Shown here piece by piece: positions 37,101 to 45,894 of a stretch of DNA of 55,142 nucleotides. The notes beneath the pieces were generated by a model. It saw only the letters and a program-made list of their open reading frames with translations. It did no database searches and was not told the DNA's origin. Positions within the stretch are counted from its first letter, which is position 1; the number at the start of each line of letters is the position of its first letter. The position numbers and the translations under genes were made by a program. The stretch is from IMG/VR virus record IMGVR_UViG_3300045988_062587. One strand, given 5' to 3'. This DNA is from a virus.

Positions 37101-38691
37101 AGACAACAAAGCCGGGCACAACACCATACGCATAGTAAGCGTAGTAACAGTCCAACGACCCCGACGACGAAACCGCGCAGAAGTAGTTGGTGGCGAAGTA
37201 GTACGGCGACCGCAGCCACCAGACCGCCGCCGTTCCGGTGGCGGAATGTTTATTGGCAACTTTGCTGTTACCCGCTTTGAAATAATCGTACTGTGCCTGA
37301 TAGTTCGGCTCCGCATCATTGCAATACTGGTGCGTTGCAAAGACCTCATACTCGGACAGCAGGAACAGATAATCCGTGGTAGAGGACACGTTGCTGGCGG
37401 TATTGCCGCCGCCCGCATTATCCGTATACTTCGTGCAGGACTTCATCGCCGCCCGCAGGTCAGAGGGAAGTGCAGCCAGCAACGTGTTGGCGGTCGGACT
37501 GGTGGGAGAACTTGCGCTACCCAGCACCTTGCTCCGCATCTGACTGCTTCCCCAGCCACCAGAGTTCGTGTTGCTGGTGTTCATCGTGAACGCACCAGAC
37601 GTAGAAGTCGTGCTGCCGTAGCTGCTATCCACCAGACCAACAAACTTGCCGCTGATCTTACCCAACAGGAAGTGGATACGGTTGCTGCCCTCCTTGCCGG
37701 AATTGTGGTTGAAACCGATGATAAAGGCATCGACTTTCAAGCTGGAGATTGTAGTTGCACCCACCTTGCCATTGATGGTTACACTCTTAGTGTCGCCCAC
37801 AGACCACCAGTTCTTCGCCTTGCCCTCATCGGACACCTTGCGGATAACTTTCCACTCGTTCTTCTCCAGAACGGCGTTGATGTAGGTCAGCGTCAAAGCA
37901 TAATTCTTGTACTCGGTGGCGGCAACCGTGGCGTTGGTCGAGTCGGTGCCCAGCGTTGCAGTGATGCTCCATGTACCCAGCTCAGGCGGATAGAAAACGA
38001 CAGTGCCGTTTCCGTCGTTGCCGCTCACAATGGCCGTGAGGGTGGTATCTCCGCAGGAGGCCGTGACCTCGCTGCCCACAGGTGCGGTCAGCGTCAGAAC
38101 GCAAAAATGTACAGTGGTCGTGTAGCTACCACCGTTCTGCGTCACCTCGATTTCTGCGGTGTCACTGATGGCATCGCCCCTGACCGCCTGAACAGTATAG
38201 GTACCCGCCCGCTTGATACGCACCGATGCCACGCCGTCGCTGTCGGCCGTCGCCTTATAGGCTTTGCCCGTACCAGTCATGGTAGCGGTGACGGTCGAGC
38301 CGGTGGCCGCCGTTACCGCCAGCGTGGCAGCGAAGTACGGCAGATTGAGCGTATACTGACCGCCCACGACATCGACAGTGACGGTGTCGTCCGTGGTCAG
38401 ACCGGCCAGTGATGCCGTGACCGTCCACTCGCCCAGCCGGGGCAGCGTGGTGGTGAAGCTGCCACCAGTCGCCGTGCCGGTGATAGTGCTCTGGCCGTCA
38501 GTGATGGTCAAGGCGCTGCCCGCAGTCGTAGTGACAGTGAGCTTCGGCAATGTATTGCCCAGCACCTTGTCCAGCGCCTCCTGAATGTTGGATGCAGAAA
38601 TGCCCAGAGTGTCCTCGTAGGCGATTTCTTTTGCAGTCCCGCCGCCGCTCTGTGCACCGCCAGAACCTGCATTAAAAGGGCCCCATGCCAT
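37099..38691 (-). CDS. Tail fibre / receptor-binding protein, DGR target (Ig-like repeats + C-type-lectin-fold C-terminus)
   Basis: Thr/Val-rich repeated beta modules. C-terminal AVWWLRSP....FCAVSSSGSLD.....YGVVPGF carries the VR. Confidence 0.8.
   Translation of the reverse strand: MAWGPFNAGSGGAQSGGGTAKEIAYEDTLGISASNIQEALDKVLGNTLPKLTVTTTAGSALTITDGQSTITGTATGGSFTTTLPRLGEWTVTASLAGLTTDDTVTVDVVGGQYTLNLPYFAATLAVTAATGSTVTATMTGTGKAYKATADSDGVASVRIKRAGTYTVQAVRGDAISDTAEIEVTQNGGSYTTTVHFCVLTLTAPVGSEVTASCGDTTLTAIVSGNDGNGTVVFYPPELGTWSITATLGTDSTNATVAATEYKNYALTLTYINAVLEKNEWKVIRKVSDEGKAKNWWSVGDTKSVTINGKVGATTISSLKVDAFIIGFNHNSGKEGSNRIHFLLGKISGKFVGLVDSSYGSTTSTSGAFTMNTSNTNSGGWGSSQMRSKVLGSASSPTSPTANTLLAALPSDLRAAMKSCTKYTDNAGGGNTASNVSSTTDYLFLLSEYEVFATHQYCNDAEPNYQAQYDYFKAGNSKVANKHSATGTAAVWWLRSPYYFATNYFCAVSSSGSLDCYYAYYAYGVVPGFVV
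37111..37232 (-). repeat. DGR variable repeat (VR)
   Basis: Last ~40 codons of the target gene. It has 12-13 substitutions relative to TR, all at TR adenines. Confidence 0.85.
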
Positions 38692-38694
38692 AAA

Positions 38695-39117
38695 TCAAGC
38701 CTCCTCTGCCGCTGATGCGGCTTCAATGATGTGATACTGAGCGGAAATCGCAGCACTCGGAACGGATGCCGCCCGGAGGCGTAAAACACCGGCCATGCTC
38801 TCCGTCGATGTGAAATCCGCCGCCCGTGCAACTGCACTGCTGGACGGGTCAACATCCACTCCCACGCTATCTGCCGCCGTCAGACCATCCACCTTGATGT
38901 CGATGTACTTCGTATACCCGGGGACACTGGAATCGGACTTCCAGCCGGTGACAGGGATGGAGAACGAAACGAATGTTGCCCGGTCTGCTTTCAGTCCGTG
39001 CATTTCTTCCAGTGCAGCAGCGGCGGTAGATGCGACTTTGGCGGTAGCATTGCTGGACTGGGATGCAGCGCTGCGGAGCTGATCCAAAGTTGTGAGCGCA
39101 TTGCTCAAAGAAGTCAC
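38695..39117 (-). CDS. Hypothetical tail-fibre-associated protein
   Basis: ORF between two fibre genes. The start is uncertain (GTG at 39117 or TTG at 39108). Confidence 0.5.
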   Translation of the reverse strand: MTSLSNALTTLDQLRSAASQSSNATAKVASTAAAALEEMHGLKADRATFVSFSIPVTGWKSDSSVPGYTKYIDIKVDGLTAADSVGVDVDPSSSAVARAADFTSTESMAGVLRLRAASVPSAAISAQYHIIEAASAAEEA

Positions 39118-39187
39118 CTCCCATAAAAAAATAAGGGGCAGCGGTGAATATTCTCCGCCGCCCCTTTACTCATGAGATCTCAGAGGC

Positions 39188-40213
39188 TTACTCGCCGTAA
39201 ATCTCTGCCAGCATCTCGGACACCTCGGCATCGGTAGCCGTATGGTTCGCAATGGCCTTATCGATGGTGGTATCCATGCCGTCCAGCTTGGTCTTATCCG
39301 CAGCGGACATCAGGCCAGCCTTGGCAGTGGTCGCCTCGTCATAGGTGGTATCCTGAGCCGGGATGCCAAGGCCGGTGATATCATCCTTGGTCACAGGAAT
39401 GGTATCGGTCACATGGCCCTCTTCATCCACAGTGGTCTTGTACAAACCGCTGGCAGCAGCGGTGTGGGTGGGATGGACATACTTGTTTGCGCCAGCCTCA
39501 ATGCCGTCCAGCTTATCCTTGAGAGCCGCAGTGAAGTTCTCGTCAGACAGACCCTTGCCCGCTTCTTTCTCCACATAGCCAGACAGGTCAACGAAACCGG
39601 CCAGCACATCATACTTGTAGGCATCGCCGACCTTGACCACCACGACATTGGTGCCCTTGGGATATTTGTTGCCCGCACCCTCAACGAAGTTGTTGGTGGT
39701 GGTGAAAGCATCAGTCACGTTGTAGACGTTGCCCAGAACATTCTCAGCCAGAGCGGGCAGCGCAGAAAAGACCACAGAGCCAGCGGGCTTATAGACAGCG
39801 CTGATCTTGGCGTTGATCTCGTCCTTGGTGTAAGCGTCGGTGATGCCGTATCCACCCAGAGTAGTGGCCTTGTCGGCCTTTGCAGCCAGAACAGCAGCCA
39901 GAGCGTCGTCGAGGTCAGACTGGGAAATCTTCGCCTTGTAGGCCAGTGCAGCCAGACCCTTGATGGCAACATCGGTACCAGCCACGGAAATGCTACCGTT
40001 CTTGGAGCCGGTGGCAACCAGAATGTCCACCATCTTCTCAGCGATGGCCAGGGCAACGCCGTTCACCTTAACGCCCTCCAAGACGTTGGCCTGTGCGCCG
40101 ACATCCTCCAGAGCCTTGATGCGCTTGTTCTGGGCCTCGTCAACGGCCTTCTGCTTCAGACCCAGCGCCTTCAGTGCGCCCAGCTTTGCGAGCTTCTCAA
40201 CATTGTAAGCCAT
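39188..40213 (-). CDS. Tail fibre protein
   Basis: N-terminal coiled coil and repeated GYGITDAYTK-type fibre motifs. C-terminal ATDAEVSEMLAEIYGE. Confidence 0.65.
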   Translation of the reverse strand: MAYNVEKLAKLGALKALGLKQKAVDEAQNKRIKALEDVGAQANVLEGVKVNGVALAIAEKMVDILVATGSKNGSISVAGTDVAIKGLAALAYKAKISQSDLDDALAAVLAAKADKATTLGGYGITDAYTKDEINAKISAVYKPAGSVVFSALPALAENVLGNVYNVTDAFTTTNNFVEGAGNKYPKGTNVVVVKVGDAYKYDVLAGFVDLSGYVEKEAGKGLSDENFTAALKDKLDGIEAGANKYVHPTHTAAASGLYKTTVDEEGHVTDTIPVTKDDITGLGIPAQDTTYDEATTAKAGLMSAADKTKLDGMDTTIDKAIANHTATDAEVSEMLAEIYGE

Positions 40214-40246
40214 AATAAGTATCCTCCGTAAATTGTTGTTTGGTGT

Positions 40247-41347
40247 TTATTTGTCGTAGATTTCGGCCAGCATTTCGGATACATCATCCGTAGCTGCCAT
40301 CTGGTCTTCGGAAACTGTGGCGTGGACAGAAATAACACCGTCTTTGGTCACTTCCACGCCGTCGCCAATTTTCACGCAGCCCAGCCGGTCACGGGTCGCA
40401 ATTACCAGTTCACCGGTGCCACCTCCTTTCCCGAACAGAGTGACGACTGCCTGAATATCAGCTTCCGGGATGCGCTGAGAGAAAAAGCGAACAATACCGT
40501 TCAAAGTCTCGCACCCGTTCAGGACACCCGCCTTGTTCGAAATAGAAAAGCAGCTGGCAGTTGCGGAACCGCTGGGCCAAAGCTCAGGGGTGCAGTCTGC
40601 CAACTCTGCATCGTAGGTATACGCATACGGCATTTCACCCTCGCTGTCCGATACGGCTTTCCAGCCGTCCACAGAAAGGGTCAGGTCGTATTTGCCATAG
40701 TAGCCGCCGGAGCTGCCGCCACCACCGCCGCCGCTTTCCTTGATAAGCTCTTTGACCCTGTCTTCCGACATGATCTGGCCGGATTCCTCCAGCTCTTTCA
40801 GAGCCTTACTGGTGGCTTCGGTGATGATTTTGGCATGGGCATCCGGGGCATCGTTGTGCTGTGAGATCTCCTTCAGCACCATTTCCCGCACCATCCGCAT
40901 AATTGCTTCAACCTGCGGGTCAACGGTGAGTGAGATATTGGCTTTGGTCGAAACGGCCAGCAACACAGCAATTTGGAATTCATGGTCAGCAGTACCGATG
41001 GCCGGGATCTCGATGCCCCGATCGTCCTGCATCAAAAAGAGCAGCGTGTCCTCCGGGTCGTCATTGAGGCGGCCAAACACACCGATCTGGTGCATGAAGT
41101 ACGGCTTATCTGCACCGCCCGTCCAAATGCTAACTTTGCGGGCTTTTTCACCCTCATATTCCACGGTGTCGATGCCCAGCAGTTTAAGCTCATAGGTATC
41201 ACCGCTGACTGCCGTTTCCTCGGACAAGTCGGTGTCAACGGTGCCCGTGCCGCTTACAGCACGGGTGATGGTGAGCGCACCGCCCGAAATGGACTCGGAC
41301 AACATCGCAGCACCGGCGCTGGTATATGCATATTTTTCCCAGCTCAT
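40247..41347 (-). CDS. Tail fibre / baseplate-proximal fibre protein
   Basis: Follows gpI with an ATGA overlap. The N-terminus resembles P2 gpH-type attachment regions. C-terminal ATDDVSEMLAEIYDK. Confidence 0.55.
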   Translation of the reverse strand: MSWEKYAYTSAGAAMLSESISGGALTITRAVSGTGTVDTDLSEETAVSGDTYELKLLGIDTVEYEGEKARKVSIWTGGADKPYFMHQIGVFGRLNDDPEDTLLFLMQDDRGIEIPAIGTADHEFQIAVLLAVSTKANISLTVDPQVEAIMRMVREMVLKEISQHNDAPDAHAKIITEATSKALKELEESGQIMSEDRVKELIKESGGGGGGSSGGYYGKYDLTLSVDGWKAVSDSEGEMPYAYTYDAELADCTPELWPSGSATASCFSISNKAGVLNGCETLNGIVRFFSQRIPEADIQAVVTLFGKGGGTGELVIATRDRLGCVKIGDGVEVTKDGVISVHATVSEDQMAATDDVSEMLAEIYDK

Positions 41348-42120
41348 AACGATTTCCCTCCTAACTTGATGGTGACGGTTTCATAGGTCTGCGCAGGTCT
41401 GCCAGATGCAAGCGCCTGTGCAGACACAGCCTTGGCGTGGATAGTTCCGGGCAGCGCAATGGTCGTTTTCATCCGAGTTGTGCTGACCGCACCAGCGGCG
41501 CAGGCGTGTGCGCTGACTGCCCGCGGCTCGATAACACCCGGCATAAGAACCGTGTAGGACATCGTTGTGGCGCAGGGAATCGCTGCAACATAGCACGCTT
41601 TCGGCTCCGTTTCCGTGTAGTAAATGACGCTGTCCAAATGCGACCGAAGATTTTTGTAGCAGATGATTTTTTGCAAAACCTGCTGATGTTTGGCCTCATT
41701 GATTGCAGCGAAATCAACCGTGATACGGAGTTTGAAGTGGTACGGATCGCCGCCGTACTCAAACCACTCCAAAACTTTGGGATTGGGATAAATCGCAGAA
41801 ATGGCTCTTTCAACAGCCGCTTTTGTGCCACGGTGCCGGTGAACATAGAAGCTGTCCTTGATGGTTTTTCTTTTTTCCTCAAGGGTGTAGGATCTATCGT
41901 ACCAGTCCACGGCGAAGTCACGAGCCAGAATGTCAAGCAGCCATTCGGGCAGTTCGTCGATGCGGGTATAAATCCGCAGGGAGTCGATTTCATCCTGCCG
42001 GGATTCCATCACCTTGGCTATGGCCTGTCCCAGAGCCACCGTCTTAGGGTCTTTTTGGAGCGCAATCGGAAACTGCTGCATCATGTTGTCAGCAGTCAGG
42101 CCGTGGTTACTCATCCTCAT
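41344..42120 (-). CDS. Baseplate/tail protein, P2 gpI family
   Basis: ELPEWLLDILARDFAVDWYD...EEKRKTIKDSFYVHRHRGTKAAVERA pattern. Confidence 0.75.
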   Translation of the reverse strand: MRMSNHGLTADNMMQQFPIALQKDPKTVALGQAIAKVMESRQDEIDSLRIYTRIDELPEWLLDILARDFAVDWYDRSYTLEEKRKTIKDSFYVHRHRGTKAAVERAISAIYPNPKVLEWFEYGGDPYHFKLRITVDFAAINEAKHQQVLQKIICYKNLRSHLDSVIYYTETEPKACYVAAIPCATTMSYTVLMPGVIEPRAVSAHACAAGAVSTTRMKTTIALPGTIHAKAVSAQALASGRPAQTYETVTIKLGGKSL

Positions 42121-43252
42121 ACCCTCCGCTCTTTATCGTCACCGTGCCCAACTTTGCCACTTGCGGAACCTTGTCGTTGCGGTCAAGGGATGGCGCACCG
42201 TCTTCCAGCGGAGTAAAGGCGGGCTGTTTGAGGTCTACACGTTTGATGCCGGCCGAAAGAAGCAGATACCGCAGCCTGTCAGGGTTGATGTCCCTGCCCA
42301 TCTTGCCGGACTGCCAGCGGATGTACCGCTGCACAGCCTCATTCACGCCGGACTGAGCTTCACTTGCGGAAATGCTTCCGTCACGGGTCAGGTAATAGGT
42401 CAGGTCGATATCATAGGGCACTTCTTCCGGGTCGCCGGAGATCACATAGTCCGTCAGCGGCCGGATTTCATCCGGTGAGCAGGCCGCAACCATGGCACGC
42501 TTGGTTTCTTCGCCAGCCACGCTGCCATCGTTCATGACGGCATACAGGCAAACCGTGCCAGGGCTGGGCGAATTTGCAACGACATCTGCGATTTCCGTGG
42601 AAACCCTCTTTGCAAAGTATTTGTAGGCACCGATTGGGCCAGCATCAGACCATGCACTCTGACTGTCACGCATCAGCTCATAAAATTCCTCGTCGTCCGG
42701 GGCATCAGAACCGTTTGCGCTGACCGTGATATTGGAGCAGCCGGAGTAGTAGTCGTAGATGTCAACAGCGGTGTGGATGTCCCCCACAGCATAATCATTG
42801 CCAGCCGTGCCCACGGTCTGGCAGGTCACCTGAACATCCGTGTATGTTGCGCCGATGGGAACGTACTCGTCTGCGGAGGTTTCCCAGTACAGGGCTGCAT
42901 TGTCGTCTGTGACACGGGTGCCGGCCGGAATCAGCACCGCCGTCTGGCGGGGCTCGCTGATGTAAAAGCGCATGGTGCAGGTCGCCGCCGTAGGCTTGGG
43001 GCGCTCCTGCAAATAGAACAGCTCGGCCAGGCCATCCAGATACTCGCCCTCTGCGCTGCTGGGCAAGTTTTGGCAGCCTGTCCAGTTATTCTGGGCACGC
43101 TCGTACATGATGGCATCTTCGACCCACGAAATGAAAAGCCGTTCCGGGCTACCGGGCATCACAGTTTTGCCAAAGAACTGCTCATATCCTGCGACAAGCA
43201 GCCTGTCCAGCTCATCCATGTCCGTAGACACGAACTCGTAGGTTTTACGCAC
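42107..43252 (-). CDS. Baseplate J-like protein (P2 gpJ / Mu gp47)
   Basis: 381 aa between the gp25-like and gpI-like genes. Motif: IPAGTRVT...VQVTCQTVGTAGNDY. Confidence 0.8.
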   Translation of the reverse strand: MRKTYEFVSTDMDELDRLLVAGYEQFFGKTVMPGSPERLFISWVEDAIMYERAQNNWTGCQNLPSSAEGEYLDGLAELFYLQERPKPTAATCTMRFYISEPRQTAVLIPAGTRVTDDNAALYWETSADEYVPIGATYTDVQVTCQTVGTAGNDYAVGDIHTAVDIYDYYSGCSNITVSANGSDAPDDEEFYELMRDSQSAWSDAGPIGAYKYFAKRVSTEIADVVANSPSPGTVCLYAVMNDGSVAGEETKRAMVAACSPDEIRPLTDYVISGDPEEVPYDIDLTYYLTRDGSISASEAQSGVNEAVQRYIRWQSGKMGRDINPDRLRYLLLSAGIKRVDLKQPAFTPLEDGAPSLDRNDKVPQVAKLGTVTIKSGGYEDE

Positions 43253-43577
43253 TGATGCTCACCTCCACGACGGGCAGCATCCGCCCGGGAGTGTCCGGGG
43301 CTTCCTTGAAAGTAGTCCCCATGTAGGTGGCACGAGGTTCAAACCGCTCGATGGCCTCCTTGATGGCAGCGCAGAGCATAGGCTGCGCCACATTTTCCGG
43401 CCGGTCGAGAATGTTCGCAATATCAATGCCAAATTCCCGGTAGCAAGGCACTGTGCCTTTCGGTGTAGACAGGATGACGGCGATGTTCTGCAGAACGCTG
43501 GTCACGGTATCCTGCTCCCCAAGGGAAATGGTGGTCAGGTCGTTTGCCGATACCAAGTAGTTGCTCACAAAAATCAC
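43245..43577 (-). CDS. Baseplate wedge protein, gpW/gp25 family
   Basis: SVLQNIAVILSTPKGTVPCYREFGIDI...IKEAIERFEPR. Confidence 0.8.
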   Translation of the reverse strand: MIFVSNYLVSANDLTTISLGEQDTVTSVLQNIAVILSTPKGTVPCYREFGIDIANILDRPENVAQPMLCAAIKEAIERFEPRATYMGTTFKEAPDTPGRMLPVVEVSISA

Positions 43578-43578
43578 C

Positions 43579-43977
43579 TCATTCTCTCTGATATTCCAAC
43601 AAAGAAACGCTTGCGGTAATCCATGTCGGTGTACCGAAAGCGTCTGTGTGCAGGGTCTTGAATTTTACAGATTTGATAACCCACCGATAGCTGCCATAGA
43701 CCACATTGCCGAGAACGAACGGCAGCGTTGTCCCATTGAGGACGCATTCTTGCAGTCGTTCCCGCTCTTTGGTTGGATTCACGCCGAGGTATGCGGCCAG
43801 TTCAATGTCAAACGTAATTGTTTGAGCATCGGTGCCTGTAAACTCGGTCAGGGCCGGGCCTCCGGCGCGCTGGTGAGTAGTATATCTGGCAGATACATTT
43901 TGCACCATGTTCTTGATGGTCTCGACATGGCTATCGAACACGGCAAAACTGATGTCTCCGAGGCAACCGACAATCAC
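43579..43977 (-). CDS. Tail protein, P2 GpU-like
   Basis: LGDISFAV...ARYTTHQRAGGPALTEFTGTDAQTITFDIEL...VLGN..YG.YRWVIKSV pattern. Confidence 0.5.
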   Translation of the reverse strand: MIVGCLGDISFAVFDSHVETIKNMVQNVSARYTTHQRAGGPALTEFTGTDAQTITFDIELAAYLGVNPTKERERLQECVLNGTTLPFVLGNVVYGSYRWVIKSVKFKTLHTDAFGTPTWITASVSLLEYQRE

Positions 43978-44369
43978 GGATAAATCCCTCCCAGCACGAA
44001 GCCATCAGCATTGAAGCACGGGAGGTACAAGCAGACCACCGTATCATCAATGGCCGGCAGCCACCACACCACATGGGACTTGTGCTGATGGTTTGTGGAG
44101 TTGTCCGCCCCGATGACCTTTTCTTCCTCATCCCAAATCTGGCGTGAGCCATCCATGGTCGTTTTGATCTCAAGGTTGTAGGGGCTGGGGTGGATATACT
44201 GGTGATTGTGTTCGCCGGCTGACTCCGTATAGACAATGGCTTTGTAGTGCTGCATCACCGGGAGCCAGCCGGACGTGATGCCGGTGTCCTCAAATTTGCA
44301 GCGGACAAGGCGCTTTTCTTTGTTCACATCGGTGACTTTACCGAGGCGAACGTCAACAGCGGTGTTCAT
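43974..44369 (-). CDS. Baseplate spike/assembly protein V-like
   Basis: Starts MNTAVDVRLGKV (AGGAGGG RBS; the ATG overlaps the gpD stop). OB-fold-like LGKVTDV...RCKFEDTGITSGWLPV...CLYLP...GFVLGGIY. Confidence 0.6.
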   Translation of the reverse strand: MNTAVDVRLGKVTDVNKEKRLVRCKFEDTGITSGWLPVMQHYKAIVYTESAGEHNHQYIHPSPYNLEIKTTMDGSRQIWDEEEKVIGADNSTNHQHKSHVVWWLPAIDDTVVCLYLPCFNADGFVLGGIYP

Positions 44370-45685
44370 CAGTACCCTCCTAAAACATGACGGCCGGAAA
44401 CCTGCGTGGTGTACCCGCCAGAGCCGGTCACGGTATGCTTGGCCTGCTTCACGATGTACTTTCCATCCCACGGCCCGAAGCTCTTGGTTTCAAACGTCAG
44501 GCCTGCAACCTTGCCCGGGTCGCCGTGGTAGGTAAAGCCAACCTGACGCTCAAACTTGTTGTGCAACCGGAGCTTTTTGGCAGCCAGTTCTTTGGCCTCG
44601 GTCTTGCTCGTGACCGGGGCATAAACTTCCAGCTGCTGGTTGGTTTTGCTCTTGGCATCGTAGTCCTTGACGTAGGCGATACCCTCAATGGGCTTGCCGT
44701 TCGGCCCAACATAGGACACCCGGCAGGACGCATACTGCGTTCCGGCCTGGCCGAGCGTGTGGCTCCACTTGATATAGCTTTTGTCGTCTTTGGTGACAGT
44801 CCATGCAGAATCTTTTCCCTCGTATTCTTTCTGGTCGAAGATAACGAGTTTGCCGTCTGTGCATTTCAGCGACAAGCCGGCATCATGGCACAACTGCGAC
44901 AGGAAGTCGATGTCAGAGCAGCGGTACTGCTCCACACGCTTATACTCAGGATCCTTTTTCGCAAGGAACTGGGACTTCATACCGTTCTTCTTCGCCATTT
45001 CATTGGCGATGCCGGATAACTTGTACTTTTCCCAGCCCTTGCTCTGCTTGGTCTGCCGGATCTGGCTGGTATAGGGCAGCCCCGTGGCCTTTATGGTGAT
45101 AATGTCGGGCGGGCCGGATGCGTTTATGCTATCCAGCTCAAACTCCCCGCAGTCCAGCGCCTCATCCTTTCCGTCAGAGTGCCAGTTACAGGCCGTGATG
45201 GTAGCCCGGATTTTCAGGCCACCTTCACTGCTGCCGGAAGAACTGCCGCCAGATTTACCGGAGATCTCGCTGGCATCGACCCAGCCATAGACCCGGGACG
45301 TTCCGTCCGTGTGAATAACATGGTACGGGTGCAGCGCGCCCTGCTTGATGATGGTGATCTTGGCCGGGCCAGCCTTTGGTGTTCCGTTTGCCTTTTTGTC
45401 GGTAGATGCCTTGTAGTGTGGACCGCCAAGGAACTGCACCACGTCACCAACCTTGTAGCCATCAGAAGATGCGGCCGACACATCGCCGTCCAGCATCTTC
45501 TGGAGCCAGTCGGTCATCCAAACGCCCTCCCGGTCTTGGAGTTTGATCTGCAGGTCGTCACTGGCATCTTCCTCATTATCGGTAAATGTCAGCGACAGCA
45601 GGTAGGGCTTGATGCTGCTGGTGATGTCCACGCCGTCAAACTCCACAGTACACTCGGCATGGCGGGCGGTATTTTCGTCGCTCAT
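44369..45685 (-). CDS. Late control gene D-like baseplate hub protein with an inserted SH3-like segment
   Basis: gpD-family N- and C-terminal regions, with an insert YKVGDVVQF...HVIHTDGTSRVYGWVDASEI. ATGA overlap with gpX. Confidence 0.7.
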   Translation of the reverse strand: MSDENTARHAECTVEFDGVDITSSIKPYLLSLTFTDNEEDASDDLQIKLQDREGVWMTDWLQKMLDGDVSAASSDGYKVGDVVQFLGGPHYKASTDKKANGTPKAGPAKITIIKQGALHPYHVIHTDGTSRVYGWVDASEISGKSGGSSSGSSEGGLKIRATITACNWHSDGKDEALDCGEFELDSINASGPPDIITIKATGLPYTSQIRQTKQSKGWEKYKLSGIANEMAKKNGMKSQFLAKKDPEYKRVEQYRCSDIDFLSQLCHDAGLSLKCTDGKLVIFDQKEYEGKDSAWTVTKDDKSYIKWSHTLGQAGTQYASCRVSYVGPNGKPIEGIAYVKDYDAKSKTNQQLEVYAPVTSKTEAKELAAKKLRLHNKFERQVGFTYHGDPGKVAGLTFETKSFGPWDGKYIVKQAKHTVTGSGGYTTQVSGRHVLGGY

Positions 45686-45894
45686 GTGACCACCTTCTTC
45701 CACGGGGGCAAGGTAGAGCTGGTTTGTGTCTCGGTATCCGGGAGCGTCAGAACGATTCCGGCCGGGAACACAAAATAGCCCAAGTGCTGCGGATTAGCAG
45801 CCATCAGGTTGGGAGCATAGGCGCAACTGCCGAGCTGCTTATAGGCCACGCTGTCCCAGCGGTCGCCTTGAACAGTCGTATAGGTTTTACTCAT
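45682..45894 (-). CDS. Tail protein X (LysM-like), P2 gpX family
   Basis: YTTVQGDRWDSVAYKQLG....LMAANP.....VFPAGIVLTLP. Confidence 0.7.
   Translation of the reverse strand: MSKTYTTVQGDRWDSVAYKQLGSCAYAPNLMAANPQHLGYFVFPAGIVLTLPDTETQTSSTLPPWKKVVT

Larger units (their letters stand above)
34669..38691 (-). mobile_element. Diversity-generating retroelement cassette (target-VR, RHH, avd, TR, RT)
   Basis: Canonical order on the minus strand. TR and VR differ only at TR adenines, plus one 9-nt indel. Confidence 0.9.

Noticed and set aside
37099-38691. A second DGR target (additional VR) elsewhere in the genome
   Set aside because: The invariant TR core (gtccaacgaccccgacgacgaaaccgcgcagaag) occurs only twice by eye, in TR and in this VR. 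The WWLRSP motif occurs only in this protein and in the TR-frame translation.
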